A stretch of DNA of 62,900 nt, counting the filler, from Dicyema japonicum (lineage: Eukaryota; Animalia; Dicyemida), in the NCBI GenBank assembly GCA_011109175.1. It is 5 parts of 5 records of this genome, joined end to end, with 100 filler letters (N's around TTAATTAATTAA, not from the genome) between each part and the next. Parts side by side here need not be neighbours in the genome. Positions count along the whole stretch, not along the records: positions 9,915 to 33,086 come from RDEW01000161.1; 4 more parts are not named here. One strand, given 5' to 3'. This document shows positions 11,400-25,879 of this stretch, piece after piece; the stretch's first letter is position 1, and every line of letters starts with the position of its first letter. The notes under the pieces are model-generated. The model saw only the letters and a program-made list of their open reading frames with translations, was not told the origin of the DNA and did not search any database. The translations under genes were made by a program, and so were the position numbers.

Positions 11400-12900
11400 A
11401 ATAAAAAACCAGAAACTGACAATAGATTTCAATAAAGTATTCTGAGAAAATTAATGAATTCTCTCCTCATTTGCTTGTTGACGCTTATAAGCTGTTAAAA
11501 GAAAACCTTAGAATTTGGAGTCTATATTGACTCTTTTCTGGTATAATCATGTATTAGCATAAAGATGAGAGTCTTCCATGATAACTACGAAAAATTGGTC
11601 AAGCAAACATTTGCCTTAGTGCATGAAAACCCAACAAGTAGTCTTATAGTCAACTAAAAGTTTTTGATACGTTTGATATAATAGTCGTTTAACGAAATTG
11701 TTCTAGTTGATAGCAGAAAAGTAGACTTCAAGTCTTTTGGCTGTCGACAAGCTTATGTCGACCAAAATGCGAAACACAAGAATTATGACGCATACGTGTT
11801 TTTCACGTAGACTATAGTTTTCTAATCTGTAGATCTCAGCATGTTTTGAGTGATTCAGGAAATGTTTTTATCGGATATGCGTCTGTTAAAGCAGGGGACA
11901 GTTGTCATATATAAGTCATATGAAATGACAATCAGCCTTATTTTAGACAACCCGCAAGTTGCAACAGAATGCAATTACTCTAGTCCAAGAACTTTTCCAC
12001 CTGCTCGGCCTTAGACACGTTACCTGTTGCCAGAACTGCATAATGTCTGCGGTCTTAAATTTTAACGGGTCATGTGGGTTCTTATATAAAATCCTGGAAT
12101 TCAAAATAACATTTATTCAATAGATACGATAGGAAATATCCTTCAATGGACACAGATAACTGGCACTGTTTTTACGTGAAAAATGATACTTTGCCTTCTA
12201 AGTAAAATCAGGTCCCCAGAGATGCAGTAAGGGGATATGCTATGCCATTTTCAACTACTCGGCTTTTCACGAAGAAGTGGAAAAAATCTGTTCAAGATTC
12301 CCCGGGTGGAAATTGGCGGACATCGATTACATTGTTTTGAGAACATTTACGCAGTAAGTATAGTACTTCATTTCAGATTTAATCAACTCTGGTAAATGTT
12401 ACCACCATCTCAGTCACACCGGTAGATGTGCATATACTAGAATGGGGTTATAACATTAAATGATTGCTTTATGGAATGTTACCCCATCTGTCAGAGTATT
12501 CATAATATTGAATGATAGAATTCCAGAGTAGATCTGATTCTCAACCTTTTCACTACATCCAGAATTTGGATCTACCCCCAAGGTATTTTTGAGGTTATTT
12601 TAGAACGACTCCGAATCCAAAAGGTAAGAGTCACTATAAAGTAGATAATTCTTATTGTATTGGATCAAGGTGTATCTTCATTTTGCAGATAACGAGAAGT
12701 ATCGAAGATTAAAGACAAGAGTGTAAAAAAAATGAGTGGATACTAGCGAATATAGAAAATATGTCTGAACTAGAATTTCTCAAATCCACATGTGAGAGAT
12801 ATCAAAGCAAATACGATATGAGAAACGTATACTACATTGGTAACTTCCTACAATACAGAGGAACACTTCTGCTAAGAAATGGAATAATATTTTACACCAA
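11400..12900 (+). pseudogene. Degenerate multi-exon sequence, product unknown
   Basis: Several 19-23 nt GT..AG segments (gtaagtatagtacttcatttcag, gtatttttgaggttattttag, gtaagagtcactataaagtag) but no sustained frame. Confidence 0.3.
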
Positions 12901-13040
12901 TTATCCTTTTTAAAACGAAAAGCGATCTGCCAGATAGGTTTGGGTACTAATAAGTTGGATAATTTGTCTTTTGGGAATAAAGATAATCTAATTTAACTGA
13001 TAAGCATGATATTGGCTACTTATATTAACTATAACTACTT

Positions 13041-16000
13041 AGTTTATGAGTTGGTTAAGAGCCATATTAGCAATAGCTCCTCTTAGGCAGTCACATCTAG
13101 TAAAAAACAGTTATGATAACTATGGTAGAACCAAGGAATCTCTTTCTATTTTGTTTCGTGTGAGTCCTTTATAGACGATCCGTTTTTCCACAGTGAGATG
13201 TTACTGATGACTAACGTCACTGATCAAGTCAACTAAAGGAACCAATAACTGTCTTTAGATTATAATTTATAGTGATTGCTATTTTCGTAGAATGTAACTA
13301 TGTTTCAGATTTTAAACTTCAACTTTGGCAGGACGCTTTCTATATTTTAAAAAATAAAAGATATTTAGTCAAAGGAACGGGGAAAAATTAAAAATGTTAA
13401 GATCTTTCTTGTTCATTTCGTACTAATTTAAGTAGGCAATAAGTTCCGCAGTGTGTAATCAATGATTACAAGGTCACTCGTCGATCAGGAAGCATCATTG
13501 ATGTGTGGTACCTACAATTAAAATAAACAGCAGTGAGATTCGGACTAAATTCTTTCAGCACTTGTGGACGATAATTTTTTTGTATTATTTTCTGGTTTAT
13601 TTTCAGAATATTTTATTGGAATATTATTGGTACTTTTAAAATATGACATAAATTCTTAAAATTTTGTGAACAAAAAAATTCTTTTATATTGTGGAGATAA
13701 GGAAGAGAGCAAGTCGGATAATGAAACATATCATCTTTCACGAGAATCAGCGATGCACATGGAAGAGCTCTTGTGATTTTCTAATAGAGGAATTTGAGAT
13801 GGTTTGAAGACATTTGGAACAAAAAGCAAACATTCTTTCATGATCGAGTATTTTGTGAGAAACATTAAAGTTCAGATAATATTGATAAATTAAAGATAAA
13901 TGGTTTTAAGATATTCCCCATTGTGCGAACAAGACTACTAGGAACAAACACAAGCATAATTACTCACTTTCAGATGATAGGACTAAAGGTTACACTTGAA
14001 GAAGGAAAGTAAGAAGATTTCAATCTCAAGAGGCATTTATTGAGATTCCATCCAAACATTCTAGTAAACCTATCAAAGCTAAAAATTCAGCAAGGTTATT
14101 TATGATAACTGGATAAAATTTGTAGGGACACATGTCAGAACTTTTAAATTCGTTCTCCCTAACATCTTATATGCATGATTTTCATAATTAAAAGTGTGAA
14201 CACATACTTAAATTTCGACTATAAACGAAGATAAAAAAATAATCAAGCACACAATGATTCTAACTCTGATTTAGTATTGATTTAAATGACCTATTTTAAT
14301 AGTAATAAAAATTTATTAGCTTATTTAGCTTAATAAAAAGTAATGGTTTGCAGGTCCTACTATCGAATGGCGTGGACAGAGATCACTGGAGTCTGAAAGA
14401 GGATCTTAAATTGTGTAGCACAAATGAACCTTAGTTAATATAACATTCTTTTTTTCTGAGAACATGTGTTAATGGTATAATGACTTGCTTGTACTCTTAA
14501 CAGAATGGAAATTACTCTCATGATCGAGATCCCAATGTTCTGGCAGTGCCATAGAATCATTCTACGTTCGTTATTTCGCAAACCTGCAAGTCGTCGATCA
14601 TTCAAATAAACTTTGATGTGCATTGAGCTATGACCGTGAATTCTCCGAAGATCTCATAATTAAAAATGTACGGCTTTGAATATCGGTGTATTTTGAACTT
14701 AGCTTTTTTTGAATTGGATATTATCTCAGTCTTTTTAAGAAATAAAGTCCTCGATGACATCTAGTCCACTATTTTTACACTGTTCCACGGCTGTGATAAG
14801 CAGTGGGTAAGAACATGTGTCAGCAAAGAGCGGCAACTTTAAAGGGATGATAGTGATCAATGAATTGTTTAATCGGCAGAAAACCTCAGGTCTATTCCCC
14901 AAACCTAATCATAAGTTCTAAATATATTTATGGTAATATTCGACTAGGTTCCTGAGTTTTATATGCATATTTTTTCAAAAGCCATTAGGTCAACCAAATA
15001 ATTGTATTGTGATTTCTATTTCTTACCATTTGGAAGTTACTGACATTTAACTTTCTCTTGTACTGCAACTATGATTCACGTGAATCTGAATAATAAGCAC
15101 ATAAAGTTATTTGACATCAAAACAACCAGTTGATTTCTTAATTTGTCAGATTGACTTGATGTACTTATAAAAGTAATCTTCTTACTTTCCTTCTTCAAGT
15201 GTAACCTTTAGTCCTATCATCTGAAAGTGAGTAATTATGCTTGTGTTTGTTCCTAGTAGTCTTGTTCGCACAATGGGGAATATCTTAAAACCATTTATCT
15301 TTAATTTATCAATATTATCTGAACTTTAATGTTTCTCACAAAATACTCGATCATGAAAGAATGTTTGCTTTTTGTTCCAAATGTCTTCAAACCATCTCAA
15401 ATTCCTCTATTAGAAAATCACAAGAGCTCTTCCAATGTGCATCGCTGATTCTCGTGAAAGATGATATGTTTCATTATCCGACTTGCTCTCTTCCTTATCT
15501 CCACAATATAAAAGAATTTTTTTGTTCACAAAATTTTAAGAATTTATGTCATATTTAAAAGTACCAATAATATTCCAATAAAATATTCTGAAAATAAACC
15601 AGAAAATAATACAAAAAATTATCGTCCACAAGTGCTGAAAGAATTTAGTCCGAATCTCACTGCTGTTTATTTTAATTGTAGGTACCACACATCAATGATG
15701 CTTCCTGATCGACGAGTGACCTTGTAATCATTGATTACACACTGCGGAACTTATTGCCTACTTAAATTAGTACGAAATGAACAAGAAAGATCTTAACATT
15801 TTTAATTTTTCCCCGTTCCTTTGACTAAATATCTTTTATTTTTTAAAATATAGAAAGCGTCCTGCCAAAGTTGAAGTTTAAAATCTGAAACATAGTTACA
15901 TTCTACGAAAATAGCAATCACTATAAATTATAATCTAAAGACAATTATTGTTCCTTTAGTTGACTTGATCAGTGACGTAGTCATCAGTTAACATCTCACT

Positions 16001-16152
16001 GTGGAAACGGATCGTCTATTAAAGGACTCACACGAAACAAAATAGAAAAGAGGATTCCTTGGTTCTACCATAGTTATCATAACTGTTTTTTACTAGATGT
16101 GACTGCCTAAGAGGAGCTATTGCTAATATGGCTCTTAACCAACTCATAAACT
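13041..16152. repeat. Long inverted repeat, arms 13041-14019 and 15175-16152, spacer ~1.15 kb
   Basis: Arms are reverse complements with near identity. Differences are mainly 1-2 nt indels around 13140-13260. Confidence 0.95.
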
Positions 16153-16619
16153 TAGTGGTCGTAAACGCGCTTACCTCTTGATCCTTGGATTTCTAAGAAA
16201 GATTTATTAAGTAAGCCGTGGTAAAGTAGGCCGTGGGAAAGTAGGAAAGTGTTTTCAAATCAGTTTAATCCCAACACATCGAAGTAACCTCTTCACTTTT
16301 TCCAAATATTTAAAGGATTCCCTGTTTCTTCATATGCTCTTTTCCATAGCAATAAAATAAGCCGAGGTTTTCATGTAGAAACCGATAATTATATTGAAGA
16401 CTAACACGAGATATAAAAATTAATATAAAGATATTCTAAGTTTTATGGANATTATATGCCCCTAAGACAGCCTGCCGGCCCAGGCCAGTGGGTTAAAACA
16501 TTGAGACAGCATATTCCAACCCGCTTTTATAACACAATTCAGTGAAGTAATTCTCAGTATCTCCATGAGCTTCTTAAGAAAGGCTAATTTTTATATCCCT
16601 GAATAATCGAAATTATTTT

Positions 16620-17038
16620 AGTATTATTATGACAAAAACGACCGTACAATGTACAGAATTTTTTGGAAAAATTTTACCTTTATACCCTCCCATCAGCCTG
16701 CCGATATTATTGTTTCGGATTTGCAGTCCACGAGGACCTGATTCACTGTGTTACATGATTGTGGGCAGCATCTGACATTATAATGGAAATGGCGGACGAC
16801 CTGGACTACCTAAGAGAACTAGCGCGCAACAGAAAATCATGGCCGAAGCTGACGGAGAGGATGGTTCGGAATAAAAATAAAATGACTAGTTAACTTTTTT
16901 TCAACTCTGGCGATTCTTTGCTTAGTCTCGCAGTCTGTCAAGGTCTTCTCTGTCCTTGAGATATCTCCCGATTTCCTTAAGATATTCGTAAAGGAAGGTC
17001 GGTTGAGTTGTCCCTGGACGACCACGGAAACACGGAAC
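16620..17038 (-). mobile_element. 5'-truncated RTE-like LINE insertion
   Basis: 16-bp TSD taatcgaaattatttt (16604-16619, 17039-17054). FRGRPGTTQPTFL..EDLDRLRD matches the C-terminus of the 17200-20180 element. Short TAA tail. Confidence 0.85.
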
Positions 17039-17199
17039 TAATCGAAATTATTTTCATTTAAGATTAAATTTAATTTATTTAATCGATAAAAATTATTCAA
17101 TATTATTAATTGTAATATTTATAATAAAAAAGAAAAAAGTAACTATAAAGTTTTTTTTGGTGAGGTGGTGACGTGCCTCATTTCTTCTCTGTACAATGG

Positions 17200-20180
17200 T
17201 TAAGAAAAATGTCTAGAAAGCAGAAGATACAAAAGAATATGCTTGCCCTAAAGTTTCTTTTGTTCAATGCTAGAGGAATATCTTAGCCTCAGTCAAGAAA
17301 TACTCTCTGTGATGACCTAGAAAGATATAACGTTACTATTGGCTGTATACAAGAGACGAAAATTACGTACTATCTCGATGAAAACCATGGAAAATATCGA
17401 CTAATATGCCTACCCAGTGACTCAAAACACTATGGTCTTGGATTCGCCATTCACAGAAAACTATCATCTGACATCAGTCGCATTTGGCGGGTGAATGACA
17501 GGATCTGCGTAATACAGATCCACCTGAACAACCAATGTTCCCCTAAAAATACACTAACAATTATAAATGTATATGCACCACACTGTGGAAGACTGGCAAA
17601 AAACCCGACCGAACTGGATGAATTCTACTCAGCATTATCAAAAACGTATAATGAATATGAGTCGTCCTCACTTATATTCATTGCTGGCGATCTAAATGCG
17701 AAAATCGGAACAAAAAAGAACTCAGAAGATACCTTCATGGGAAGACACGGACGTGGGAAAAGAAACTTGCCTGGGACCATACTTGGCCATTTCTGCACGG
17801 CAAACAAACTGTTCTTGTGCAACACCGCATTCTCTCATCGTGCATGCCACATAACCACTTGGATGGGCGAACGAAGAAACCCAGATGGAAAACTAGTCCC
17901 TATATACAACCAAATTGATTATATTATATGCCGGATCAATGACAAACGCTCTCTTATAAACGCACGCTCATACGAAGGTTCAACAACTGTCAGCGATCAC
18001 AGAATGGTTATTGTCACCTTCAGCCTGGCGAAACATGGTATCAAACATAAGAAACATAATAACATTACAAACAATAATAATGAGAATACAAGAAATGGAT
18101 ACGCAACGGGAAAACTGATCTCTCATCCAGACACAGTCAAAAATTACCAAAAACAACATCTGCTCTCATCTGCAGGACCAAACAGTAGGAATTTCGTGGG
18201 ATCACACAAGTATATAATAAACGAAGCAGCAAGCCAGTACCTCGGCACGCGGGAGATGGCCAGTAAGGGCCTGACGATACATACAGAACTAGTAAAGGAG
18301 TTAAAAGAAATTCATACAAAAAAACTAAACGAAAAAGACTATAACAAGAGAAAAGCCCTTCAGGGACAGAGGGACCAAATCCGTAGAAAAATCAGGAGAC
18401 TGAACAAGACACTCCACCAAGAAGAACTACTTCGCAAAATCAATGAAGTATCCAAACTAAAAGATAATTCACAAATGTATATGGCCGCTCGTTTACTACG
18501 CCACACAAACCGGAAGGAACGAATAATCATCATAGACAAAAATGGCAAGACATTACTGAATACTGAAGAGCAAGCGGAAATAAGTGCAACACATTTTGAG
18601 AAACTTTTCAATGTGACTATGCCCCCATTCAAAGGAAAGCCTAGACCTTTAAAAAAACCAATTACAATTTTGGAAGTAAAAACAGCATGTCAAAAACTAA
18701 AAAATAACAGAAGCCCTGACCAGATACGATAAACTCAGAATTACTGAAATACGGCCTGACCCCCTTTTTGAAAAAATCGCTACACTACTAAATGAAATGT
18801 TTTCAACTAACTCAACCTTGCCCCTGGGAACGGGATTACTAATACCTATACAAAAACCCAATAAACCCAAAGGACCGGTTGAAAACTTACGACCTATTAT
18901 ATTATCAAATTCTCTACGGAAAGTCTTAGCTAACATTGTATTGGAACGAATAAAAGGACCCGCCTATGAATACCTACCCGAAAGTCAAAGTGGGTTCAGA
19001 GAAGGAAGATCAACAGCTGATGCAGTCTGGAGTCACAGATGGAGATGTGCAACACATCAAAGATATTGCAATGCCATCCACATTCTGGGAATAGATCTAT
19101 CAAAAGCCTTTGACTCGGTTAACAGGAAAAAATTGATGACAGTGCTGGAAGGGTTTATTGACGAATCGAGTCTAAGAATGATTCAAATCCTTCTATCTAA
19201 CACAGAGCTCCTTGTGAGAGTTGGAAAAACCTACTCAAGAAAATTTGAAACAAACACAGGCACTCCTCAAGGAGACTCCCTCTCTCCCCTACTATTCACA
19301 ATATACTTGGAGGCCGCTATGAGGGAACTGAGACCATTATACCAAGGAAAAATAGAAGAAGTGATTTATGCTGATGATGTCGACCTAATTTCTGAAGACA
19401 AAGAACTCCTGGAGCATGTACTAGAAAAAGCACCAGATATACTTGAGAAATGGTTTCTCACCGTGAACAGGGAAAAAACAGAACGACAGAATAAGACGAA
19501 TGAACAACTCACTCGAAGAAAAATGGAGACACATAAAGAAACTTGGCTCTCTACTAGGAGATAGCGAAGACATCATACGGAGAAAAACATTGGCAAATGC
19601 GGCATTACAAAGGCTGAAAAATCTTTGGCTAAAACGGAAAGGATATAACATAAAACAAAGGATTATGTTATACGACACTTTCATCAAACCAATCCTACTA
19701 TACAACTCTGGGACCTGGGCCACCTCTAAAGAGGAATTGGAGAGGCTAGACTCATTTCACAGGAATCATCTAAGAAACATAACTGGAATGTCCTGGCCAT
19801 CCAAGATCTCGCGGAATGGACTGTACAATAAGTGTGACTGTATACCATTAAGCCACGAGATCATTAGCTCTCGTTGGAGACTTTTTGGACACGTCCTGAG
19901 GTTGGACCCGATATCCCCTCCGAATATCGCAATGGAAGATTACTACTCCTCCAATGTAAAACGCTTTCGTGGAAGACCGAGAACTACCCTCCCGGTCGTT
20001 CTACAAAACGATCTGAAAGCCGTGAAGAAAACATTGGCATCTGGTGACGATCTGGACTCACTGAGGGACCTAGCAAAGAACAGAAGAGCTTGGAGCAACC
20101 TAACTAATTCTCTTATATTTTTTGCTGCACATGCGGGGCTATAAATATTATGGCTCTCGTGAAAGTGCTAATAATAATAA
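17200..20180 (+). mobile_element. Near full-length RTE-like LINE (APE + RT), frameshifted near 18720 and 19490
   Basis: IGCIQETK, AGDLNAKIG, NQIDYI, SDHRMV; LRPIIL, QSGFREGRST, GIDLSKAFDSV, GTPQGDSLSPLLF, YADDVDL; (TAA)n tail at 20170-20180. Confidence 0.95.
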
Positions 20181-20239
20181 AGTAAAACGAGTAAATTATC
20201 TAATTAAGTGGATTTTTATTCCAGATCGCTGGTAATCCA

Positions 20240-20420
20240 TTTCCTCCTCTTAGAAGAAGAGTGTGCCAACAACTACAACTTATTCCCATCTACATCAGAT
20301 TTAGTCAAAATATTATGTTAGTTCATTGGTATGTCTTTACAGCATGCCAGTTCCACAAGTTAGAAGGTAGCAGAGGTGTACTCTTCATCAGAAACCTTAA
20401 TCCCGTGTTTAAATAGGAGC
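20240..20420. repeat. Unclassified dispersed repeat, second copy about 25545-25710
   Basis: Shared blocks agaagagtgtgcca, acatcagatttagtc, gcatgccagtt..cacaagtt..aggtagcagagg.gtactcttcat. Confidence 0.65.
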
Positions 20421-21149
20421 TCCTGAAGTTTAATAATGTATTATCAGAATTAATGCCCAGTACTTGTTTCTAATGTTTGATTGAGCACTCATCAGGTATT
20501 TTAGCGATTTTTTGAATCCCCACTTATTAATATTATAATAACTTATCTCCTTATCATAATGGTTATAGCAAAACACAAGAAAAAAAATGTTATTAGTTAG
20601 CCTCTTCTATCCTCCAGATCCATTCGCCGTGGTAGCGAGATCCATACGCAGGATGTGGACAGAAGTTAGGTTTACTTTCTCTGTCATCTCTGCACATGGA
20701 CTACATTCAAAACCTCCCAAATGCAAGATCATAACGTAGCATAATAAAATACGACTTTTCTTAAATGCAACAAAATCCTTTTCTTTAGGAAATTCATCAC
20801 CAATGCTGATACTGTCTACCTTCGTGTATAAACGGTGTTGTGGTATATAAAAAACCTTTCAAAGTCAACGACGAGACGCTGAGGACTTTTATAGAAAAAG
20901 TCCAGAGTCTATTTTTCGATGACATTGGCTGGATCAGATGTAAGCGATCCATTCGTTATGGAGCAATTGGTATTCGCTTAATACTTGAACTACCCCTCTC
21001 AGTTTTCCTCCGCTACAGATTTAGCTCTCCGATCCTACACTGTATGAATCACTGGTTTAACTGCTAGAATTCTTGATTCAAGAATTTTGTATGTGTCTAA
21101 GTCTTGGATTCTCGAAAACCCAGAAAAACAGCACGACTAGGACTATGAC

Positions 21150-21650
21150 GACTAGGACTTGGGTCAAAACTATATAAGTGGATCAAAAAACACGTGCATG
21201 ATAACCTATGAATTGACAAATGTGAATGGTGTCATGTCCTCTCCAATCAAAAAATCACGGAGAGGATCTGAGGCACAAGGCGACAAACTGATTTATAGTA
21301 GGCGGCCTATAGGCGACGGATTCCAAATGCAACTCCAGCAACCTTTTCGACTCGAGTGTGTTAATAAGAAAACCGGCGACAAAACCCTCTTTCCTACGAG
21401 ATGAAGACACTTACTTGCGAGATCCGAATCCTCAAAAGTCGAGATAGTTAAGCGAGAAAATATGAAACTTAATCAACCAAACCGCTTTCCTGTCTTTCGC
21501 ATTTGAAACCTCAGGGCTGATCAAGACGAAGTCGCTCGCCTTCCTACGTCGGATCGATATTGCCATAAAGATAAGGGACGGCCGAGAAGTGAGATAGTTG
21601 ATAGAGATACTCTATCAAGTCTGACAATGGCTAATTCATGATTAACAACT
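21150..21650 (+). mobile_element. CRE-clade RLE domain, very degenerate
   Basis: GFQMQLQQPFRLECVNKKTGDKTLFP and FLSFAFETSGLIKTKSLAFLRRI resemble the CRE endonuclease region. Confidence 0.55.
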
Positions 21651-22029
21651 TGATTTGATTTTTTCTTTACTCAAAAACTATATTTCATACTAGATTAACA
21701 AAAATAAGATTCGATTTTGCCCATGTGGGCTCGGTGCCATTTTCTCTTCTTGCGGTATCTTTAATAATATCTCAGGAAACATAAGAGTTAGAAAATCATG
21801 AAATTAGCATTAAGGTCACAGTCAGAAGGTCACCATGTCAAACTAGTAAAAAAGTCATCGTTCAATATCAAGTCTCTGGGGTATCTATGGTCAAGATTAT
21901 TATGCCAGTTATACGAAGCTAACATAGATGTAGGTGTTTACCTTTAAAGATGCCGTGCAATTTGTGAAATCCTGGAAAAATCGCAACTCTTAAGGATTAA
22001 TAAAAAGTGTTTATTTTCAGAATATTTAT

Positions 22030-22200
22030 TTTAATTTATTTAACAACCCAAGACCACGGTAAATTCAAACTAAGTATCAAGTGATCCCCATGCATTCAAA
22101 CAATGACCTCAGCTTTGCCCGGTGTTCCTACCTCGTCTGCGCATGATCGTACTACTGACTGAATATATGGAGTCGCAATCCCGCAGACTAAATACGGTAA
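22030..22200 (-). mobile_element. I/Jockey-like LINE 3' end
   Basis: Minus strand gggatcactt..tggtcttgggttgttaaataaatt, similar to 26846-27010. Confidence 0.55.
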
Positions 22201-22358
22201 TTACTAAACTCAAATAAAATAAATATTTGATGATTTTATAAATTTTATTTAATATTTGACGTCGGATGCCATCGCGTCTGCCTGTGTCATAACGTCCGGG
22301 AAAATTTGAACATCTCACAAAAAATGTTTAATCACTAAGTAAAAATCGATTTTTACAG

Positions 22359-22445
22359 CTGGTTGGTAGAGTGGTGAACTAACGATTGGTTTTTAAGGGT
22401 TTAGCCGCTTATAACGGCTTGTTTGGATTCCTGTGACCCCCTGTT
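22359..22445 (+). repeat. Degenerate tRNA-like head (Leu/Ser-type pseudogene or SINE)
   Basis: A-box-like tggtagagtggt, variable-arm hairpin gccg-cttataa-cggc, B-box-like gtttggattcc. Acceptor stem not pairable. Confidence 0.3.
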
Positions 22446-23686
22446 GGACTACCATGTTCATCGTCTGTTTGGACTTAATCAAGACATGTGAACTGTCTGG
22501 AGAAAAAGGACTTGTGAAATGTCCAGAACCTAGAGGCAGGACTATTAATAACTCTCTAATATAACTCCTAATTTCTCTTTAATAAAGTTGTTTCGGTTTG
22601 GACTGACGATTTTGAACAACATTCACTTTAATACCAGGAGGATTACTGGGCAGGGCCACAGAATAGAATTTTACACAAAGTCGCTCGACGGGCTTAGGAT
22701 GCGGTTGCTTTCCCACTGTATTCGAGCCAGTCGGTGTGTTTAGACGCGATGGAAAACGTGTGGATGAATTGATTTTTCAGTCTGTGGTTAGGAAGACACT
22801 AGTCTTAGATGTCTCGTGTTTTAACAACCTTTTTCAAAGTGTTGCAGATGCCTGTTCAGTCGCTTGGAGAGCTTAAGTGTCTGAAATATTGTTTTTCTGG
22901 TAATGTGACGTTCGTTCTTCTCATGTGGAAGTCTGTCGAGCACATTGACATTCGTCCTACGTTTTCCTTAAAAAATTCGGTAACCTCATGTCAGTCCGAT
23001 AAGAAACCCCCCGTGATTGGGTGCTGGCTAGTTCGACCAGGTTTCCTTTACTGTCCAGAAAAAGGAGTAGCGTAAAAGTCACGGATGCGACCACCTAACT
23101 CTAATTTTTTCTTTTATTTTTATTATTTTAAATTAATATAAATTATTTGAAGTAAAATTAAAAAAGAAACTATGTCACGTGGCGCCAAAGTTAGTTTGGT
23201 GCCTATGTGGCTACATGAATTGAAGATTATTTGTTTGAATCTTCTGTTCCTCCCTTTCCTTTTTGGATCCAGGGAGCTTCAATTGTTAGCGTGCGTTATG
23301 TGCTTCACCATCTCTGGTGGCGCCAGATATAATCCTAAATTATATCCAAAGAGAACCATTAATCAACAACCAGCAGAGGATTTCTTCCTTCAAGTCCGAG
23401 CATGCGAAGGCTGTCGAATAAACACCTGATTTTTTCATTCTGCCTATGACGGTGTTTTTTGGTTCAATAATTTAAATTTGAGTATAATTGCGCGTAACAG
23501 TATCCATAATATTGATCCCCAGAATCTCATTTTAGCGTTAAAATATAAATTTAAGATTTCTTCCATCTTGGGTTCCTACCTTTTGAACTTGGTGAGTTGC
23601 TAACGATCATTTGATGTACAAAATCTAATTTTGAGATTAATATAAAAGTCAAAAATTTCGATCTCTTCTATATTATGGACCAGTCC

Positions 23687-25360
23687 TGATGATGCAGACG
23701 AAACCGGAAAGCCTTCTCCTGAACACTTATGCCACTTAACTCCAACACCCTTATGAAACATTACTCTGGAATTAGCTTCAAAACCTTCTCGAAACACCTG
23801 GACATTAGGGTGCGTGCCCATAAACCGAAGAAAGAACCTTAGCACGAACTATTTTCAGATGACCAAGTCTTGGATGTCATCACCAGATTAAAGAGCTCAC
23901 GGACGTGCGGGCCTGACAAAGTATCTTCTATTCACCTAAAACACCTAAGCCACTACGCAATTGGCTACCTCACGCAAATATACAACCTGTCCATTAACTA
24001 TAATATTATTCCCAAGATTTGGAAGAATTCTATCATCAGACCGATATTGAAGGCTGGGAAAGCAGAGACAGAACCTGCATCCTACAGGCCTATTTCCGTT
24101 ACCAGCACACTGTCAAAAATTATGGAGAAACTTGTATTATCAGTCATTATTCCGTACCTTCCGCGTCCTATATTTCAACATGGTTTCCTCCGCGGTAGGT
24201 CCACCGCTACATACTTGGCAACTTTATCGCAGTTCATTGCCGACGGTTTTAACACCCATCCCCGCCTCACAAACGCACAATCTTGGTTTCTATTGACATC
24301 AACAAAGCCTTTGACACTGTTTCGAGGAAAATCTTGGTTGGAAAAATATTTTCTACTAATATTCGTCCGAATGTGAAATTATGGCTGGCCAACTTTTTGT
24401 CTGGAAGACGTGGAAGAGTAGTCAGTGGTGATCTCAGATCTAGATCACGATTACTACCGAACGGGGTACCCCAGGGGTCTCCACTTTCACCAATTCTATT
24501 CAACCTTTTCCTACACGACCTACCTAATGATGGAGACGAAGATTCCCTGTTATTATCCTACGCAGACGACGTAGTCATTGCAATACGGAACCGCTCGACG
24601 CAAGTCGCATCCCTTAAAACTCAGACAAAATTGAACATTCTCCACGATTGGATTGTGGCAATCGACTTAACGATTTCTGCAACCAAGTCTATCTGTTCCA
24701 CATTCACGTCGGACCGTCGTTCCAAGGATGAACCGAGTCTTTATTGGTCCCACTCGGATTCCAGTGACAAAGTCCCCCATTGTCCTTGGAGTCAAGTACG
24801 ACAGTCTACTCAATTCAACTCCCACGCAAAGACATGATCACCAGGGGCCTCCAGAAAGTTAACGTTTACGCGCCCTTGTCGGAGGACCACGAGGAACATG
24901 GACTTTTGTTTCTACCTCTACCAACAAACAATCGCGCCTGCCATTGAGTATGCCTCCGTTGCATGGAGATTCGGCTATCGGAGTCTTGGTCCAAAGAATC
25001 AACTCGATATACACGAAAACAATCAGTATGCTTTGCCCACGTAATGGATCAACAGTCGACCCACTACTCATGGAAGCTAAGATCCGTAGTCGTGGCTCCG
25101 GATTTCTTCGCCGTCTGTGAGGAAGATGGAAATCCGCTTCGCCTAATCCTTCCATGGCAAGAGAAAACCGATTGGATAGTAATTTCCCCTCCCCGATTGG
25201 ATTCCTCTGCAAGACCGAGAGAAGGCTCTTCCGGAAAGTAGTGGGGACAATGGAAGATCACAGACGTCGAATGGCACAATGATTGCGAGGACTGGGATCA
25301 CCTAACTGTTGACTCTTTTGTCTTTCTTTCTCGGTGTTCCCGGGTTATTAAAATAAATAA
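23687..25360 (+). mobile_element. 5'-truncated I/Jockey-like LINE
   Basis: 12-bp TSD atggaccagtcc (23675-23686, 25361-25372). YRPISVTS, QHGF, DINKAFDTV, GVPQGSPLSPILFN, YADD. (TAAA)n tail. Confidence 0.95.
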
Positions 25361-25419
25361 ATGGACCAGTCCCTTGTGGTCTCTAATCCACCCTTCAAGT
25401 CATAAAAGTCATTTTAATA

Positions 25420-25835
25420 TACAGTAAACCTTCAGTTATCCGAACAAAAAAATTGGATGTTTCGGATTGTAAAAAAATAAATATTAATATTTTTATAAGA
25501 AAATTAACGAGTTAACTAATTAAGCGGATTGTAATCCAGATTCTCTAAGAAGAGTGTGCCATAAACTCCCCATCTCCACATCAGATTTAGTCGAAAAATC
25601 TCAGTTATAGTCTAGTAGGCTGTCTTCACGGCATGCCAGTTTCACAAGTTGGGAGGTAGCAGAGGCGTACTCTTCATTGTATACCTTCATCCCATGCTTA
25701 TGTTCAATGAGCATACTTTCGACCGTTCTCTTCAGTTGTCATAGATTAGTACAATATTTTTCCAATACAGTAAACCCTCATTAATCTGAACAAAAAAATG
25801 GATGCCTTTCAGATTGTGAAAGGAATAAATGTACT
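25420..25835 (+). mobile_element. Two pogo/Tigger-like terminal fragments in direct orientation
   Basis: TA|CAGTAAACC..ccgaacaaaaaaa at 25420 and TA|CAGTAAACC..ctgaacaaaaaaa at 25766. Confidence 0.5.
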
Positions 25836-25879
25836 AATTTCATTGTAATTAATATTTATGTCATCATACATAATAATAA

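Noticed and set aside
22500-23340. Possible solo LTR (tg..aataaag..aca) and tggcgcc PBS-like motifs
   Set aside because: No second LTR, TSD or polypurine tract could be shown.
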